A stretch of DNA of 64,000 nt, taken from NCBI GenBank assembly GCA_963767735.1, contig CAVYES010000004.1:32001-96000 (forward strand), given 5' to 3'. The stretch is from Candidatus Bathyarchaeota archaeon. GTDB lineage: Archaea; Thermoproteota; Bathyarchaeia; Bathyarchaeales; Bathycorpusculaceae. Below, piece after piece: positions 28,612 to 38,656 of this stretch (position 1 is the first letter of the stretch; the number at the start of each line of letters is the position of its first letter). A model generated the notes under the pieces. The model worked only from the letters and a program-made list of their open reading frames with translations, did not search any database and was not told where the DNA came from. The translations under genes were made by a program, and so were the position numbers.

Positions 28612-31600
28612 TTAAGCAGCGGTAACGACGCCGTCTTTGCTGACGAGTTTTCTGTCGCTTACCAGCCGCTTCAGTATTTCACCGAACACTTGTTTCGCTT
28701 CTTCACTCGAATGGTTAACACCGAACACTTTAGCTGTTTCAGCAATCAATGAATCTTCACTTATGCCTAAAGCATATTGAGCAACCAGCTTCATGGCGGA
28801 TTCAACTTCTTCAGGCGCAATATACTCGGGTTTTCGTTTTGATTCAGGAATACCTTGCACTGGAACGCGGATGGGTGTTTCTTTGAGTTCAGGTGGCCAA
28901 AGGAAGCTGCCTTTGATCACTACTTTTTGTTCTCTTAGCAAGTTGCTGAGTGCTTCTTTTACGGCATGAGTTATCTGCGGGGTTACCTGTTTAATCCCCC
29001 AAGCAGCAGCTAAACGTTCAACAGCATAATCAAAGTGAACAGGGCCTTCCTTTTCCACTAGTTCAGCGAGGAGTTTCGTTTGAATTTCTCTGTTTTCTGG
29101 AAAGTGAAACTCGTTTTTCTGCCGCGAATTATACGTGGAGTTAGCTGTGGCAACTTTAATGTAAGGATTAAATGTTGCTTTAATCGGATAAATTTTGTAG
29201 GGTTGACCGATTTTTTCGATGCCTGCAAACTGGATTTTCTGAATGTCAGTCTTTGGAGCCATGTTCTCTTTGTCAATTACTGGGTTTTGAGCGTCTTTTT
29301 CAAGCTGCAACTTGTTAGCTTGTTCAAGATCTTCTTTTAGCCGTCGGATTTCAGAATCACGTCTTGCAACCCAAGCTGGAGACCAAACACGGTGAATGCG
29401 CCAGCCTAGTTGTTTAAGCACTTGCTCACGGAGGCGGTCTCTGTCTCGTGCGCTGCTGCTTGATTTGTAGGTGGCGCCGTCGCATTCTACGCCTAGCAGG
29501 TAGCTTCCGGGGTTAACTGGGTCGACTACGCCGATGTCTATTCTATAGCCGCTGCAGCCGACTTGCGGAACTATTTCATAGCCCATTTTTTTTATTTCTG
29601 CTGCCACATCTTCGTCTAAGGCTGACTCGAACTCGTCTTCTCTGGATTTAACAGACTGCAACGTTTCAGGTCCATGCTCTGCATAGTCAAGGTAGTACCG
29701 CAGGGTTTGCACGCCGACTGCTTTAGTTTCAGCATCTATATCAGTTGCTTTAATCGAGGTGATAAGTACAACTTTTTCACGGGCACGCGTGACTGCAACG
29801 TTTAACCGTCGCTCGCCGCCAGGTTTGTTTAATGGGCCAAAGTTCATTGCCATTTGCTTCTGTTGGTCGTAACCGTAGCCGACGCTGAAGAATATAACGT
29901 CCCGTTCGTCGCCTTGAACGTTCTCTAAGTTCTTGACAAAAAAGCCTTCCAACCGGTCTTCCTTAAAGAACGGCTCGAAGTCAGGTTGTTCTTTAAGTCG
30001 GCGGTCTATAGCATCTTCCACGGTTTCCATTTGCGCTATGCTGAAGGTTACAACGCCTAAGGTTTTCTTTGGATACAGGCGGAAGTGTTCGAAAACAAGG
30101 TCTGCTACTTTTTCTGCTTCTTGCGGGTTGTTTCTTTTGCCGCCGCGGTCATAGATGCCGTCAGTAACGTAAACTAGTTTAACGCCTAAGCTGTCGGTTT
30201 GGGCTTTTGCAGCTGGAAAAGTTATCAAGCTGTCATCGTAGAAACGGTGGTTTGAGAACGCAATTAAGTCCTCATGCCTGCTGCGGTAATGCCATTTCAA
30301 AGTTTTAACAGGTAACCCAATGCCTAGGCACTCGTCTAGTATGCTGTCGAAGACTTCAACATCCTCGTCGCTTAACTCGTCCCAATCAACATCATCAATT
30401 AGGTTTTTCTGGAAGAACGATGTAGGCGGCAACTGCTTATTATCGCCTGCAACAACCAAGGCTTTTCCACGGTAAATTGCGCCGATGGCGTCTTCAGGAA
30501 CAATCTGCGACGCCTCATCAAACAAGACCAAGTCAAACTTGTTGCTTTCAGGAGGCAGAAACTGGCTGACCGTTATTGGACTCATCAGCAAGCAAGGCTT
30601 TAGTTTTACAAGCAGGTTGGGGATCTTTTGCAGCAACGTGCGAATCGGCATTAGCTGCCTCTTCTTCGCGGCTTCCTTGAGAAGAATGTTGGCTTCAGAG
30701 TCGGCTGCTTGAACCAGAATGTCCTGTGGTTTTCGGCTGTTCGCCTGTTCAATAACCATGCTGGATGTCAGTTTAATGAGGTCTTGGTCTAGTTTTCTGA
30801 AGTCCGCGACTAACTGCTCATGATTCTCCCTTCTGAACCTGCCCAGCTTCTGGTCTTCGTTATAGAGATTATTTATCCATTCTTGGTAAACGCCTCTGCG
30901 GAAAACATCAACCAAATCAGCTGCTGGAAGGCGCTGCTCTGCCAAACGATTGAAGAACTGGTCTAAGCCTCTTAGTGCAAAGCGGTTTTTGATGTCTTTG
31001 AAGTCAATCCAAACTTGCAGGTCATCAACGCGGTCTCGAAGCGCTTGGATTCTTTCGCTGATCACTTTGATTTCTAACTCCTTCAGTTTCTGGCTTTGAT
31101 AAGTCATTTCTGATTCAAAATGGGTTTCAAAATCAGAAAGAACCTTTAATGAAGAGGCACATTTTTGATTCAGTTCTGTGTTTGATGGCGCGGCGGGGGG
31201 TCCTTGAGCTGCAATCTGTGCAAAAGCTTCTGGAACGGGGATATCAATGAAAGCTGCTTGAACTTTCTTTGACCACTCAATAACCGTTAAAATATCTTGC
31301 CAATCCGTTTCTAACTCATTGAAGCGCGAGCCGAATTTGGCTTGCAGCTGGGTTTTTTCACCTTTGATGGCGGCTTCTTTCTTTCTTATATCTTCAGCGT
31401 TTTTGAGGTCACCCAATAGCTGCCTATAGCTCTGAGGCTCTTGCTTGCACGTTGCCAGCGTCTCTTTCGTTAACGTAATCAGCGGAATCAGTTCCTTTTC
31501 CGTTTCGCTTATCCATTCGTCAAGCAGCGGCAGAGGCGTTTGAGTTAAGGCGGCGCCCGATTTGGGCATGTTTGCAGGTATCAGTTGTTCTAAGTCTTTG

Positions 31601-34287
31601 ACCTGCTGCTCCCACTTGTCAACCGAATCCTGTAATTCTAAGCCTAAGTTTTTAATCATAGGTGAAGGATTGGAAGTGTTGGTGATTAGTTTGAGGAGGT
31701 TTTCGGGGATTTGTGTTGCCCAAGTTAGCTTTCGGATTTCAGCAGCTAACTCTAAAGCTTTTTCTGCCCCTTGAAAATCTGTTTTAGACTTGTGGTAGAA
31801 GTGGCCAAGAAGCGTTCTAACTGTTTCAGCTGACTCTTCAATCTGGCTCTGCAACTTTTTGACTTTTCGAGCGTCAATCAGATCATTTAGCACCGTTTTG
31901 GGAACTGTGCCATCATTGGTTACTCTAGCGATTTGTTTTTGGTCGTTGCGATAACTTGAATTAAAAATTTTCATTGATCCTTGATAGCCACTGTATCTTG
32001 CTATGAATCCATCAAGGTCAAGCTCGTAAATGCCATCGGTATAAGTTGCGTCCAAACGGCTTTTCCACAAGTTATGATCCTGATAGAGCCCTTTTGCTTT
32101 TGAAACTACTTCTTGAACCTGCTCGAAATATTTAGCGTCAAACCATTGCGGCTCCGGCTTATCCTCGGCGAAGCATAACAATGCCATTTGAGATAACTCT
32201 TTTATTTGCTTAACTGTCAAGCCGTCACCGTCCAATCCGAGCAGCGGAACGAGCGCTTGCGAAGTTTCCCTCCATTTTCTTGACGCTAACTGCGTGTTTT
32301 TTATGAATGCTAAGAGTTTCTCGCGTTTCTGCAGAAATTCGCCTTCTTCCAACTCTACCGCTGGCAACATCTCTTTAAGTGTATCAAGCTGCTGCTTAAT
32401 TTCAGCAGACCTATTTAGCACCAAAGTAAACAAGGAGGGATTATATCGTTCATTTAGGCTGGCACGTGTGTTCTTTATCCATACTGAAGTTTCATTGTAA
32501 TTTTTAGCTTCAAGGTAGAGTTTTTCAAGATCAGGATTCGTTAGCCAATAAGCCTCTGGCTTGGGGCTTTCGTAGAGGAACTGGCTTATTTGTAAAAGCC
32601 ACTTTATCTTGGCAAAGGTTTCAGGCGGGGACACGCCAAGTTTAGCGGAGAAGTCTTCAGTTTCCAGTTGCATCTCATGAAGCGTTTCGTTTATGTTTTC
32701 AAGCTCAGTCAACACTTCAGAACGGATTTCAAGGTTGTAGGCGTCCGCTCGGTATCCCAGCCATGGGAAATCTGGTTCCTCAATTACTTGCCAAACCTTG
32801 CTTAGTTGAGAAACAAGTCCTTCGAGCTCATGCATTTTTTGAGGGGTCAACGTTCCCAGTTCAGTTAAGCCTACGGGAACAAAGGGAACCCGTTCAAGGC
32901 TTGAAATCAAACTTAAAACTTCGTAAGCGCTTCTCTGCAAGTACGGGCGTTTCTCATGCAACGAAGTAACGTAACCGTTTAATTCTTCACGGTACTCAGT
33001 CATCAGCTCGAACTCATGAGCTGACGGCAGTTTACGGGGAACTAAGTTTTCGTCGAGGCTACGCTTGAGTTCAGCTACAACTTGTTGCTTGTTGGCTTTG
33101 CTGCTGTGAAGTTCAAGGCAGAAATGCGCTAAACCAACTTCGCTTAATCGTTTATAGACAACTTCAAGGGCGGCCATTTTGTCGCTTACGAAAAGCACAG
33201 ATTTCCCGTTAGCGATGCATTCTGCAATTATGTTCGCGATGGTTTGACTTTTTCCCGTCCCAGGTGGGCCTTTCATGACGAAGCTTTGGCCTCGCAATGC
33301 ATATTCGATTGAGACTCGTTGGCTGCTGTCGGCATCAAGCACCTGATAGGTTTTCTCTGGAACCTCAATTTTGTCTACGTCTTTCTCGTCAGGCAACCCA
33401 TCTAAGATGAGGTTGTCTTCTTTTATGCCGGCTATTGCTCGAATTAAGGGGTGTTGGGTAACTAAATTTGCGTTTGCTTCCAGGTCTTTGTAGATGACTA
33501 GTTTTTGGAATGAAAAAAGCCCTAGGTCAACTGATGGCTCTGCTTTCCAGCCCATTTCAGCGACAGCTTGGTTAACTAAGTTGAAGTAGTCTGATAGGTT
33601 TTGGTTTCCCCATTCTTCAGGCAAAGGCGGCAATTCAATTTTGTAATCGTTTTTCAGTTTAACCTGCAATGCCGGGTTTAAAACGGCTTCTTCTTCAACT
33701 GGCGGCACCGCTATCGCGTAGGGTTGACGTATGGAATCCCGCGTTAATTCTAAAGGTACAAGAATCAGAGGAGACTGAACGTTTTCTTTTGTTTCCAAAT
33801 CTACCCAGTTTAAGGTGCCAAATGCGGCATGCAGAATGCGAACACCGCGTTCTCGATAATCAAGAAGTGAGCGCCACTGTAATCCTTTGAGGTTTCTTTC
33901 AAGGTCAAAACGAGTTAAGTTTCCGCTGACCAGTTGATTTGCAGTTGGGCGCTGTTTTGGTTCTTCCGGCACGGCTGATTTAATATCGGGGTTAACCGCT
34001 GCTTTTACGTTGGTTTTGGCTGTTTTAGCCTTAGTTTTTCCTTTATTTTTTGACTTTTCTGTCTGCTCAGGGTTTTTATTCTCTTCAGGGGGCATCCAGA
34101 ACTCTAAACGACGTTTTTTCAAAACTAACGCATTGAAAATTGCTTGCTGGTCAGGTTGCGAGATAGATAGGCTTCCACGCTTCGCCTTGTGAAAATACAG
34201 GAGGTTGTTTCTTTTTGAGAGGTCGATTAATCGTGACTTCCAATCTTCAACACGTTTCATAGGTTGAGAGGTAACCGTTTGCGTCAT
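28612..34287 (-). CDS. DUF4011 - split SF1 helicase - Vsr-like nuclease - DUF3320 protein (Hhe-like architecture)
   Basis: WKSRLIDLSKRNNLL; DADSSQ, GPPGTGKSQTIAN, DEASQ, GDNKQLPP, HYRS, VQGDERD, RRLNVAVTRAR; VECDG..RDRDR..LGW.IHRVWS; EGPVH; likely start ATG 34287. Confidence 0.92.
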   Translation of the reverse strand: MTQTVTSQPMKRVEDWKSRLIDLSKRNNLLYFHKAKRGSLSISQPDQQAIFNALVLKKRRLEFWMPPEENKNPEQTEKSKNKGKTKAKTAKTNVKAAVNPDIKSAVPEEPKQRPTANQLVSGNLTRFDLERNLKGLQWRSLLDYRERGVRILHAAFGTLNWVDLETKENVQSPLILVPLELTRDSIRQPYAIAVPPVEEEAVLNPALQVKLKNDYKIELPPLPEEWGNQNLSDYFNLVNQAVAEMGWKAEPSVDLGLFSFQKLVIYKDLEANANLVTQHPLIRAIAGIKEDNLILDGLPDEKDVDKIEVPEKTYQVLDADSSQRVSIEYALRGQSFVMKGPPGTGKSQTIANIIAECIANGKSVLFVSDKMAALEVVYKRLSEVGLAHFCLELHSSKANKQQVVAELKRSLDENLVPRKLPSAHEFELMTEYREELNGYVTSLHEKRPYLQRSAYEVLSLISSLERVPFVPVGLTELGTLTPQKMHELEGLVSQLSKVWQVIEEPDFPWLGYRADAYNLEIRSEVLTELENINETLHEMQLETEDFSAKLGVSPPETFAKIKWLLQISQFLYESPKPEAYWLTNPDLEKLYLEAKNYNETSVWIKNTRASLNERYNPSLFTLVLNRSAEIKQQLDTLKEMLPAVELEEGEFLQKREKLLAFIKNTQLASRKWRETSQALVPLLGLDGDGLTVKQIKELSQMALLCFAEDKPEPQWFDAKYFEQVQEVVSKAKGLYQDHNLWKSRLDATYTDGIYELDLDGFIARYSGYQGSMKIFNSSYRNDQKQIARVTNDGTVPKTVLNDLIDARKVKKLQSQIEESAETVRTLLGHFYHKSKTDFQGAEKALELAAEIRKLTWATQIPENLLKLITNTSNPSPMIKNLGLELQDSVDKWEQQVKDLEQLIPANMPKSGAALTQTPLPLLDEWISETEKELIPLITLTKETLATCKQEPQSYRQLLGDLKNAEDIRKKEAAIKGEKTQLQAKFGSRFNELETDWQDILTVIEWSKKVQAAFIDIPVPEAFAQIAAQGPPAAPSNTELNQKCASSLKVLSDFETHFESEMTYQSQKLKELEIKVISERIQALRDRVDDLQVWIDFKDIKNRFALRGLDQFFNRLAEQRLPAADLVDVFRRGVYQEWINNLYNEDQKLGRFRRENHEQLVADFRKLDQDLIKLTSSMVIEQANSRKPQDILVQAADSEANILLKEAAKKRQLMPIRTLLQKIPNLLVKLKPCLLMSPITVSQFLPPESNKFDLVLFDEASQIVPEDAIGAIYRGKALVVAGDNKQLPPTSFFQKNLIDDVDWDELSDEDVEVFDSILDECLGIGLPVKTLKWHYRSRHEDLIAFSNHRFYDDSLITFPAAKAQTDSLGVKLVYVTDGIYDRGGKRNNPQEAEKVADLVFEHFRLYPKKTLGVVTFSIAQMETVEDAIDRRLKEQPDFEPFFKEDRLEGFFVKNLENVQGDERDVIFFSVGYGYDQQKQMAMNFGPLNKPGGERRLNVAVTRAREKVVLITSIKATDIDAETKAVGVQTLRYYLDYAEHGPETLQSVKSREDEFESALDEDVAAEIKKMGYEIVPQVGCSGYRIDIGVVDPVNPGSYLLGVECDGATYKSSSSARDRDRLREQVLKQLGWRIHRVWSPAWVARRDSEIRRLKEDLEQANKLQLEKDAQNPVIDKENMAPKTDIQKIQFAGIEKIGQPYKIYPIKATFNPYIKVATANSTYNSRQKNEFHFPENREIQTKLLAELVEKEGPVHFDYAVERLAAAWGIKQVTPQITHAVKEALSNLLREQKVVIKGSFLWPPELKETPIRVPVQGIPESKRKPEYIAPEEVESAMKLVAQYALGISEDSLIAETAKVFGVNHSSEEAKQVFGEILKRLVSDRKLVSKDGVVTAA

Positions 34288-34402
34288 TAAAGCACATCCA
34301 CACGTGATAGTTTGCATTATTGTGCTGATGATACTTTAATATTTGCGGTTAATCCACGACGGTTCGGGCAATCAATATTTAACTTTTAAGCGTTAAAAAG
34401 AG

Positions 34403-35023
34403 TCAGGTGGCTCTAGTTCTATGTTCAATTGCATCAAAAATCACTTGCCTCACGTTTTCAAGACCTATTTCCATAGTTTGGAGAATCGGCAGCCCAATGC
34501 CTAACTTTTCTAACTCTTCTTTGCATTTTTCCGCGTTTCCACAAGTGTCCAGTAACACGATGCCTTTGATGCCGCTGAACATGTTCGTGAAGGCTGCCTC
34601 ATCAACACCTTCTTTCAGCATCTTTTCTTTCATATGCTTGAAGAACTTTATCATGCCTGGACCCATAAACATGAGGTTATGATTCGAATCTGCTTCAAGA
34701 AATACGCCTTTTCCGCCAAGTTGGCAATCGATGCAGTTTACCGCGTCGACTTTAACTATTCCGTATTCTTCTGCAAGCTTTTTCATTTCGTTGTTTTGGC
34801 CGAGACATAGGTCTCCATAAACGAGTATCACTTGCCCAAGGTATTTTGGCATAGTTTTTTCTATGACTTTTCGAACGTTTTGCTCTACAAGTTCATAATC
34901 CACATGGAAGTATTTGCTCACATAGACTACATCGACGTCTAAGCTTCCCTGTTTGATTAATTCTTCGATTTCTTCTTTAAGAACACTACAGGAAACTAGG
35001 CAAACCTTCGCTTTTCCACGCAT
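34403..35023 (-). CDS. DUF1638-like protein
   Basis: SCSVLKEEI, FHVD, YGDLC, NCID..LGG pattern. Confidence 0.7.
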   Translation of the reverse strand: MRGKAKVCLVSCSVLKEEIEELIKQGSLDVDVVYVSKYFHVDYELVEQNVRKVIEKTMPKYLGQVILVYGDLCLGQNNEMKKLAEEYGIVKVDAVNCIDCQLGGKGVFLEADSNHNLMFMGPGMIKFFKHMKEKMLKEGVDEAAFTNMFSGIKGIVLLDTCGNAEKCKEELEKLGIGLPILQTMEIGLENVRQVIFDAIEHRTRAT

Positions 35024-35349
35024 GCAATCAACCTTTCGAGTTTAAAGCAAAGCGCATTTATTAATTAAGTTTTAAAAATAACTTCCGTGTCTTTTCTTCT
35101 CTTTCCTTGATTAAACGCTGACTTTTCTTATCCTTTTAATTGTCAAAAAACCCTTCGTCACTAGAACACTTAAGAATGTGTTCTTAGAACTTTAGCGTTT
35201 TTTCTCCGAGCTTTGTAATCAACAGCATGTGAGCATTTGTGGACACAACATCTCGATTTCAAAAGCCCAATCTGTTCAATCTTTCTTCTAACCCTTTAAG
35301 CCCAAAAGAAATGCTGAAGAAAAAAAATGGGTTTTTCAAATGTGGCGTA

Positions 35350-36765
35350 TTAGCTGGGAGCGGGGCGGGTTCCTAAGACAAGGGGAATATTCATTGTTTG
35401 CCCATCTCTCACGATAGTGATGTTTATTGTTTGGTTGGGTAGCGTGTTCTCGGCGAGGAATGTTGATAAGTCATCGTCGTTAATGATGCGTACGCCGTTG
35501 ATGGATGTAATTATGTCTCCTCCGACGACTATTGAGCTTCCATCTATTGTGGCTTGGGTTGTACCTGCTTTGAGGCCGGCTTTGTCTGCTGGTCCTCCGC
35601 TTACAACCTGCTCAACAAGCACGCCGTAGGTTACACTCAATCCCCCTTGAGCGGCAATATCATAGGTATTGTCTACCACGCTTATGCCCAGGTACGGATA
35701 CTGCGTGTAGGATCCAGTGTCAACTAAGGAGTTTATTTCGCGAAGTATCGTATCTGAGGAAATTGCAAAGCCTAATCCTTGTGCTGCGCCGCCGTTCTGA
35801 GTGTTTTCGATGCCGGCTGTGTTGATGCCGACAACTTGACCTGCAGAGTTCAGTAAAGGACCGCCGGAGTTTCCCGGGTTAATTGGAGCACTAAACTGAA
35901 TAACGTCTGCGATGGGATAGTTGCTTGTTGACTCCGTTATGGTTCTGCCAAGCGCGCTTACAATCCCCGTCGTCATCGAGCCTGCCAACCCAAATGGGCT
36001 GCCGACAGCTGCTACAAAGTCGCCTACGCTAAGGCTTGAAGAATTAACGACTTGGAGCGGTTGGAACTCGCTTGCTGGAGCATTAACGGAGAGTACTGCC
36101 AAATCAGCGTACGGATCAGCGCCTAAAACGGTCGCTGCGTAGCCGTCGCCATCGGCAAATGTTACGCTTATCCCTGTTCCTGAAGCGATAACGTGGTTGT
36201 TAGTAACCACAACCATACGTCCACTAAGATCATCGATGAAACCAGAACCCTCAACAAAGCTGCTCGATTGCGTATCTGTTATGACAACCACCGAATCTTT
36301 AACCTCATTGTAGAGTGAAGACATCGAAACGTTCTCAGGAACAGCTTCTTCAGTTAAGCCGCCGTTGGCTGATAAACTCGCAACCTGGTTTTGCAGGTCA
36401 GTAACCTGCTTTTGAAGGCTCGATAACTTGTCTGAAGAGTTCATGTTGCCTGCCCAATAACCAAAGACCCCGGCAAACAGGCTGCACGCAATAATCGCTA
36501 CCACCGCGACCGCAAGAAACCGCCCTCTACGGGACCTTCTAGAGGAACGAGGTTGTTCGGGTTGCTGTGTGGGTTGAGGTTGTGGAGAAGGTTCAGATTG
36601 TTGGGGTTGTTCGGGTTGCTGTGTGGGTTGAGGTTGTGGAGAAGGTTCGGGTTGTTGGGGTTGCTCAGGTTGTTGAGAAGGCTGTGGTTCAGGTTGTTGA
36701 GGTTGTTCGGGTTGTTGAGTGGGTTGAGGTTGTGGCTGTTCAGGTTGTTGGGAAGGCTGTTCCAC
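35350..36765 (-). CDS. htrA: HtrA/DegP-type serine protease with PDZ domain and Q/P-rich N-terminus
   Basis: GSGF, TNNHV, DLAVL, INPGNSGGPL, PDZ YLGI..GPADKAGL; TM helix and coiled coil. Confidence 0.93.
   Translation of the reverse strand: MEQPSQQPEQPQPQPTQQPEQPQQPEPQPSQQPEQPQQPEPSPQPQPTQQPEQPQQSEPSPQPQPTQQPEQPRSSRRSRRGRFLAVAVVAIIACSLFAGVFGYWAGNMNSSDKLSSLQKQVTDLQNQVASLSANGGLTEEAVPENVSMSSLYNEVKDSVVVITDTQSSSFVEGSGFIDDLSGRMVVVTNNHVIASGTGISVTFADGDGYAATVLGADPYADLAVLSVNAPASEFQPLQVVNSSSLSVGDFVAAVGSPFGLAGSMTTGIVSALGRTITESTSNYPIADVIQFSAPINPGNSGGPLLNSAGQVVGINTAGIENTQNGGAAQGLGFAISSDTILREINSLVDTGSYTQYPYLGISVVDNTYDIAAQGGLSVTYGVLVEQVVSGGPADKAGLKAGTTQATIDGSSIVVGGDIITSINGVRIINDDDLSTFLAENTLPNQTINITIVRDGQTMNIPLVLGTRPAPS
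36550..36760 (-). repeat. Coding tandem repeat of about 54 bp (PQPQPTQQPEQPQQxEPS) in the htrA 5' end
   Basis: Near-identical gttcgggttgctgtgtgggttgaggttgtggagaaggttc units plus degenerate copies. Confidence 0.85.
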
Positions 36766-37338
36766 TATAATCGTCTCCTAAGAATTGCAAGCGTTTTCTC
36801 AAAGTACGAAAAAGCCCTGATTGATCTTACTCGATAAGTCATATCCCTGTTTCTCCATGAGTCGATTGCTTCTTAAAGCCGTGAAGTTATTAAAAAGTTT
36901 TTCATAAATTATACCCAATTTATACAAACATGAACGTTAGCAAAACTAAGAGAGCAAGTATTCCAACAGCACGCCTGAAATTTTAAACGTTAAGTTTAAA
37001 GATAGCATTTGCTGGCAATAATAGCTCAGCATCCCGTCTTCCCCCTGCTGGAACCAGTTGCTTGAGTTCTCTTTTAAGATATTGCTGGGAAAAGACCAAA
37101 CTTAGTTTTTCAGTTCACCTTTTTTTCAGCTTATAAGTTAAACCCAGTTATCAAATCCTCAATCGGCTTTTTTCCCCATAATAATTAAAGATTTGATGAT
37201 ATACGATAATATTAGGAAAAACCCATCAAAGAGCGAAGAAAAACAGATCATTTGTTATGGCCCAAAACCGTTGGATGAACAAGTTTAATATACTTGGACA
37301 AGACAAAGAATAAATGTGTTTTAGACAAGTGAACTAAA

Positions 37339-38235
37339 ATGACCCAAACCAAAACAACGGATATGCCGTTTAGAATTGGGTTGTTGCTTATTGCCCTCTC
37401 GTGGTTTACCTACAATCTCTACGACTTCTTCTTAGGCGTTTATAATCGCCATACAACCGGTCGATTGGCATATGAGGATATACCAGGCTCTTTGGCAATC
37501 GGTTGTGTGGTTGCGGCAAGCTTCATCATCGTAATCACCGTTCTCTTCTTCGCTGCAAAAAGAGACCTTTCAAAACCAGAAACATACATGGCTGTTAGAT
37601 TATTCTTAGTTTTTGAAATAGGCTACTTCTTGTTATCCTTCTGGTCCCCGATTTTTGTTGAAGGCATCCCCGGCGTCGCCCACTTTACACTCGCAAAATT
37701 ATTCCAACTCACCATTCCTAGCGCGGTTGAGGCAACATTAATTCCAATTGTGCTTGGCAAATTATTTTTTGAAATGAACCCAAACAAACCCGTTGCAAAC
37801 CAAATAAAATGGGGGCTGATCGCGGGTTTCTCCTACATTTTCGTTTTCTGGCTCAGCAACACGGGCGACTGGATAGGCACAGTAATCACAAAAGGAATAG
37901 ACTACATCATCCAGTACCCAGTAAACATGCTCAGCTTTATCTTTACCACAATCGGGCTATTCTTACTCGCCTTATACACCGCTTACTTTGCGAAAAAATC
38001 CATTCCGATAGCAGCCCTAAACCCCAGTAACATTGACCTGAAAAAAGCAGGCCTAATCATCACGGCATTAGGATCATACTTGGTATTTATTTTTCTATTA
38101 TACCTCGTCTTTGGAAGCTCCGGAGGATGGTCCGAATGGTACGCCTGGTTCCTAGCCCACGGCTACCTGGATCTATGGGCCTTGACACTGCCCTTCATCG
38201 GTCTATGCTTAATCTTCACGTTCCACAAAAACTAA
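37339..38235 (+). CDS. Multi-pass membrane protein of unknown function
   Basis: About 8 hydrophobic segments. Confidence 0.8.
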   Translation: MTQTKTTDMPFRIGLLLIALSWFTYNLYDFFLGVYNRHTTGRLAYEDIPGSLAIGCVVAASFIIVITVLFFAAKRDLSKPETYMAVRLFLVFEIGYFLLSFWSPIFVEGIPGVAHFTLAKLFQLTIPSAVEATLIPIVLGKLFFEMNPNKPVANQIKWGLIAGFSYIFVFWLSNTGDWIGTVITKGIDYIIQYPVNMLSFIFTTIGLFLLALYTAYFAKKSIPIAALNPSNIDLKKAGLIITALGSYLVFIFLLYLVFGSSGGWSEWYAWFLAHGYLDLWALTLPFIGLCLIFTFHKN

Positions 38236-38269
38236 AGATGCAGATAAAGTCCCTAAGAAACGCTATACG

Positions 38270-38491
38270 TTGAACAGTAAAATGGTAAACTTGCTTCTAT
38301 ACTTGACCCAAGCGTTCGGAGTCGGCTTCTTTATTGTTTTTTCAGCTGCTTATGACATTCCACTGCCTTCGACCACGGTTCTCACAGGAGAACCTATTTT
38401 CCATAATTTGCTTTTGATAACCGGAGGGTTATACTTCATTTTTATACTCTTAGTTATAGGAATTAGCGTTATAGGATACATAAAAGAGTAA
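38270..38491 (+). CDS. Small two-TM membrane protein
   Basis: Two hydrophobic segments; follows the previous gene. Confidence 0.6.
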   Translation: MNSKMVNLLLYLTQAFGVGFFIVFSAAYDIPLPSTTVLTGEPIFHNLLLITGGLYFIFILLVIGISVIGYIKE

Positions 38492-38656
38492 AAGCAAGCA
38501 AAAAGAGTTCAATATAGTTGCTAATTGAGCTTAAAATACAGAAGTTTTAAGGCTAATGACCTGATGGTTGAAAGGGCAATTAGGAAAAAGCTATATAATA
38601 ATCGAGCACTTTTTAGATTCAACGGTTTAGGTATCGGGGAAGAAAAGGGAAACGGC

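Noticed and set aside
36553-36837. Repetitive plus-strand ORFs
   Set aside because: Antisense reads of the htrA Q/P repeat
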